DNA from: Polyangiaceae bacterium
Lineage (GTDB): Bacteria > Myxococcota_A > Polyangia > Polyangiales > Polyangiaceae
Assembly (NCBI GenBank): GCA_044376115.1
Contig: JBILLK010000010.1
Coordinates: forward strand, 160,001-224,000
Direction of reading: 5' to 3'
DNA length: 64,000 nucleotides
Of the stretch, positions 61,359-64,000 are shown piece by piece. The first letter of the stretch is position 1. Each line of letters starts with the position of its first letter. A model generated the notes under the pieces. That model was not told where the DNA came from. It saw nothing but the letters and a program-made list of their open reading frames with translations, and did no database searches. The translations under genes and the position numbers were made by a program.

Positions 61359-64000
61359 GTGATTGACGCATTGGATCTTCCAGAATTGCCGGAAACCGCG
61401 CGGCACGAGCTTCACACACTCGAAGGGCTCAGTACTGGCCCCCGACGCGACGGGAAGCTGTCCAAAGCGACGATCCAGCGCTTTGGTGGGAAAGCGGCAA
61501 TGCTCGCAGACCTAAAGAGCCTGGGCTTTCCGGTCCCCGCCGGCTGGGTGCTCGATGCGGGCGCATTCACCCGCATCGTCGACGAGCAGTTGCCCCGCGG
61601 ACACGACATCGCCAGCCTGGTCAAACTTGCCGGTACGCCAGAGGGGACAGACCGTGCCGCTCGTGCCCGCGACCGGATCTTGGAGGGCGAGCTAACGACA
61701 GCGCTGGCGAACGCGCTGCGTGCGCTCGCGGAGGTGGTAGGGCCACACGCTCCGTGGGGGTTCTCGGTTCGCTCCAGCGCCACCAGCGAAGACGCGCGGA
61801 CATCAGCGCTCGCAGGGTTCGCTACATCGCTATTGGGCGTGCGTGGCGAGGTCGAGTTGGCCAATGCGGTCAGGCAGGTTTGGGCCAGCCTTTATCTGCC
61901 TCGAACGCTCCTTTACCTACAGAAGTGGGGCATCAAGAAGATCGCCATGCCTGTCTTGATCATGCCCATGGTCGAAGCGACGGCGACGGGGGTGATCTTC
62001 ACCGCACCTCCAACCGGTCTGGCTGGCCCACGGTGGGAAGAGTCCGAGCGGCTCGTGCACGCAACCTTTGGGCTCGGTGCACCTGTGGTCGACGGAGCCA
62101 CGGTCGTTGATAGCGTTCGCATGACCAAGTCCGGCGTCGTGGTTGAACAGGTCATCGCCGACAAGCTGAGTGAGCTCGTCGTAGGAGCCGCTGGCCTCGA
62201 GATACGGCCGCTGCCAACTCCACGTCGGACGAGCGCCTGCCTTTCGGCGGCGGTGCTAGGTGAGCTATCTCGCATTGCGAATTTTCTCGTCGAGCGTCAC
62301 CAGGCTGCACTCGAGGTTGAGTTCGCCGTTACTGCACAATCGGGGACCGGGCCCGAACGCGTGGTTTTGCTGCAGGCGCGGCCTGTCGCGGGCGGGCTTC
62401 ACCCTGAAGGTGGTGATGAGAAGACGGTCTGGTCGCGTGCCAATGTCGGTGAAGCCTTGCCCGGCGCAGCTACGCCACTCACGTGGTCCGTCGCTCGCCG
62501 CTTCTCCGATTCTGGCTTTCGCGCAGCGCTGTCGGCGTTGGGTTGTCGGGTGCCCAAGGGAGAGGTGTTGGTCGCCAATGTCTATGGTCGCTTCTACCTA
62601 AACCTAACGGTGTTCATGCGGGCGGCGGCGCAGGTCCCTGGGCTTTCGCCACGTGCGCTCTTGGGTGAAAGCGGAGGTGCGCCCGAAACGCTCATTCGCT
62701 TCCTCGAGCAAACGAGTGAGCCGACCAGTAAGCGGCGGTTCCTTTTGCAAGCGCCGTTCACGCTTCCTAGCCTGCTCGTGCGGGGACTACGGCTAGAGGC
62801 GGAGGTTCATAACTGGGAACAAGGCGCCGAGAGACGTAGACGGCAGCTGGTCGATATTGACTTAGCGGTGTTGCCCGATGACGCGCTCGCGCAGACGATG
62901 GGCCACGTGTCAGACCTATTGGTCAGTGCCGGAGAGCTGATGCTTACCTGCGCCTCGGCCTCGCTCGCAACCCAGCTAACGCTCAAAGCCTGGCTCAAGC
63001 GGGTGCTCGGCAAAAGAGAGGATCACCAGGTCGGCACGGACCTCGACCGCGAGACCAGTCGAGTCGCGCAGGCGCTAACCGGCGGTATCGCTGAAGTCGA
63101 GAGCGCGAATCCTGGGTTGTCGCTGCTTCGAATAGCCAACATCGCTCGGGAGGAACCGTTGGCTCGACAGGCCGTAGAGAGCGGCCAGGCCAGGACCATC
63201 GCAGACCTTCCAGCTGGGCCGACGCGAGCCGCGTTCCTAGAATTTCTCGGTAAGTTCGGTGACCACGCCGTGAAGGAAGCAGAGCTCTCGACGCCCCGAT
63301 GGCGGGAGGACTCGTCGGCGCTCTTGGCGATGTTGGCGGCAGCGCTGCGCGGGCCGGCGATCGACCCGGAGGCCGGCCCCACGCGCGCACGACTGCTAGC
63401 CGACCGTGAGCTCGCGAGCCTGGAGGCGAATTGTGGCCTCACCGACGTAGCCATCCTGCGAGAGCTGGTGTTGCGCGCGCAAAGCTATACCCGGCTGCGC
63501 GAGCGCATGCGCGCCTGGGTGACCCGCACGTTGGGCCTGATTCGCGTGGTTGCACTCGATATCGATCGCCGACTGCGTCACCTCGACCCTTCGCTCGCGC
63601 CGGAGAGCGTCTTCTTCTGTACCTACGAGGAGCTGGCCGTTTCGCTGCGAACGGGCCGCGCGGACGTAGCCCACATCATTCGACTGCGTAAGGCCGAGCA
63701 CCTGCGAGATCGGGCGCGACCCGATCCGCCGACGACCTTCATCGGAAGACCACCCGCGGTTTCGCTGCCGCCTTCGGCCGCTCCAAAACTGACGGGATTC
63801 TCAGCAAGTCCGGGGGTCGCGGAAGGGGTCGCGCGCGTGGTGGGCCCCGGCGCAGACCCGGCGACAAACCTCTGCCCCGGCGAAATCCTGGTCGCGAGGA
63901 CGACCGACATCGGGATGTCACCGCTGTTCTTGCTCGCCGCAGCCGTCGTCACTGAACTTGGCGGGCCGCTCTCGCACACGGCGATCGTCGCGCGCGAATA
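61359..64000 (+). CDS. PEP/pyruvate-binding domain + PEP-utiliser His-swivel enzyme (rifamycin phosphotransferase/PigC architecture), 3'-truncated by the window edge
   Basis: GTG 61359 after GGAG. GGKAAML, VRSSATSED, VWASLY, LLQARPV, WSRANVGEALPG, SPGVAEG, GEILVARTTD, GGPLSHTAIVARE; first and last motifs are in the same frame. Confidence 0.88.
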   Translation, partial: MIDALDLPELPETARHELHTLEGLSTGPRRDGKLSKATIQRFGGKAAMLADLKSLGFPVPAGWVLDAGAFTRIVDEQLPRGHDIASLVKLAGTPEGTDRAARARDRILEGELTTALANALRALAEVVGPHAPWGFSVRSSATSEDARTSALAGFATSLLGVRGEVELANAVRQVWASLYLPRTLLYLQKWGIKKIAMPVLIMPMVEATATGVIFTAPPTGLAGPRWEESERLVHATFGLGAPVVDGATVVDSVRMTKSGVVVEQVIADKLSELVVGAAGLEIRPLPTPRRTSACLSAAVLGELSRIANFLVERHQAALEVEFAVTAQSGTGPERVVLLQARPVAGGLHPEGGDEKTVWSRANVGEALPGAATPLTWSVARRFSDSGFRAALSALGCRVPKGEVLVANVYGRFYLNLTVFMRAAAQVPGLSPRALLGESGGAPETLIRFLEQTSEPTSKRRFLLQAPFTLPSLLVRGLRLEAEVHNWEQGAERRRRQLVDIDLAVLPDDALAQTMGHVSDLLVSAGELMLTCASASLATQLTLKAWLKRVLGKREDHQVGTDLDRETSRVAQALTGGIAEVESANPGLSLLRIANIAREEPLARQAVESGQARTIADLPAGPTRAAFLEFLGKFGDHAVKEAELSTPRWREDSSALLAMLAAALRGPAIDPEAGPTRARLLADRELASLEANCGLTDVAILRELVLRAQSYTRLRERMRAWVTRTLGLIRVVALDIDRRLRHLDPSLAPESVFFCTYEELAVSLRTGRADVAHIIRLRKAEHLRDRARPDPPTTFIGRPPAVSLPPSAAPKLTGFSASPGVAEGVARVVGPGADPATNLCPGEILVARTTDIGMSPLFLLAAAVVTELGGPLSHTAIVARE

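Noticed and set aside
61412..63979. Scatter of short ORFs suggesting a pseudogene or non-coding region
   Set aside because: Explained by one + strand frame from 61359 that runs off the window without a stop.

Overview
High-GC bacterial chromosome segment. The gene repertoire (Gly/Cys-rich lipoproteins, Hanks-type Ser/Thr kinase, choice-of-anchor L protein, DUF4911) points to Myxococcota, probably Polyangiales-like; this is inference, not a marker-gene placement. The left two thirds is mostly housekeeping: secA-ybeY, ppdK, rpmE-DUF1385-prfA, tRNA-Arg(UCG) and tRNA-Lys(CUU), a Lon-like protease, an APC permease, rseP and rsmB. The most interesting parts are these. (1) A tightly coupled four-gene unit at 12.6-17.6 kb encodes a DUF2252 kinase-fold protein, a PAP2 phosphatase, a probable outer-membrane beta-barrel and a lipoprotein with an atypical-kinase catalytic signature, suggesting an envelope phosphorylation/dephosphorylation module. 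(2) A complete CheA-W-MCP-R-D-Y-X-B-B-Y-X-like chemosensory cluster at 43.7-56.7 kb has Tsr-length receptors with C-terminal pentapeptides, sigma28/FliA-like promoters, a stand-alone MshEN-like repeat protein and a shared intergenic repeat near both ends. (3) An inverted-domain (NewPHL-type) photolyase. (4) A rifamycin-phosphotransferase/PigC-architecture PEP-utilising enzyme runs off the right edge and is missing from the ORF track. No CRISPR array, rRNA, transposase or integrase was seen. All family calls come from motif recognition by eye; no database searches were run.
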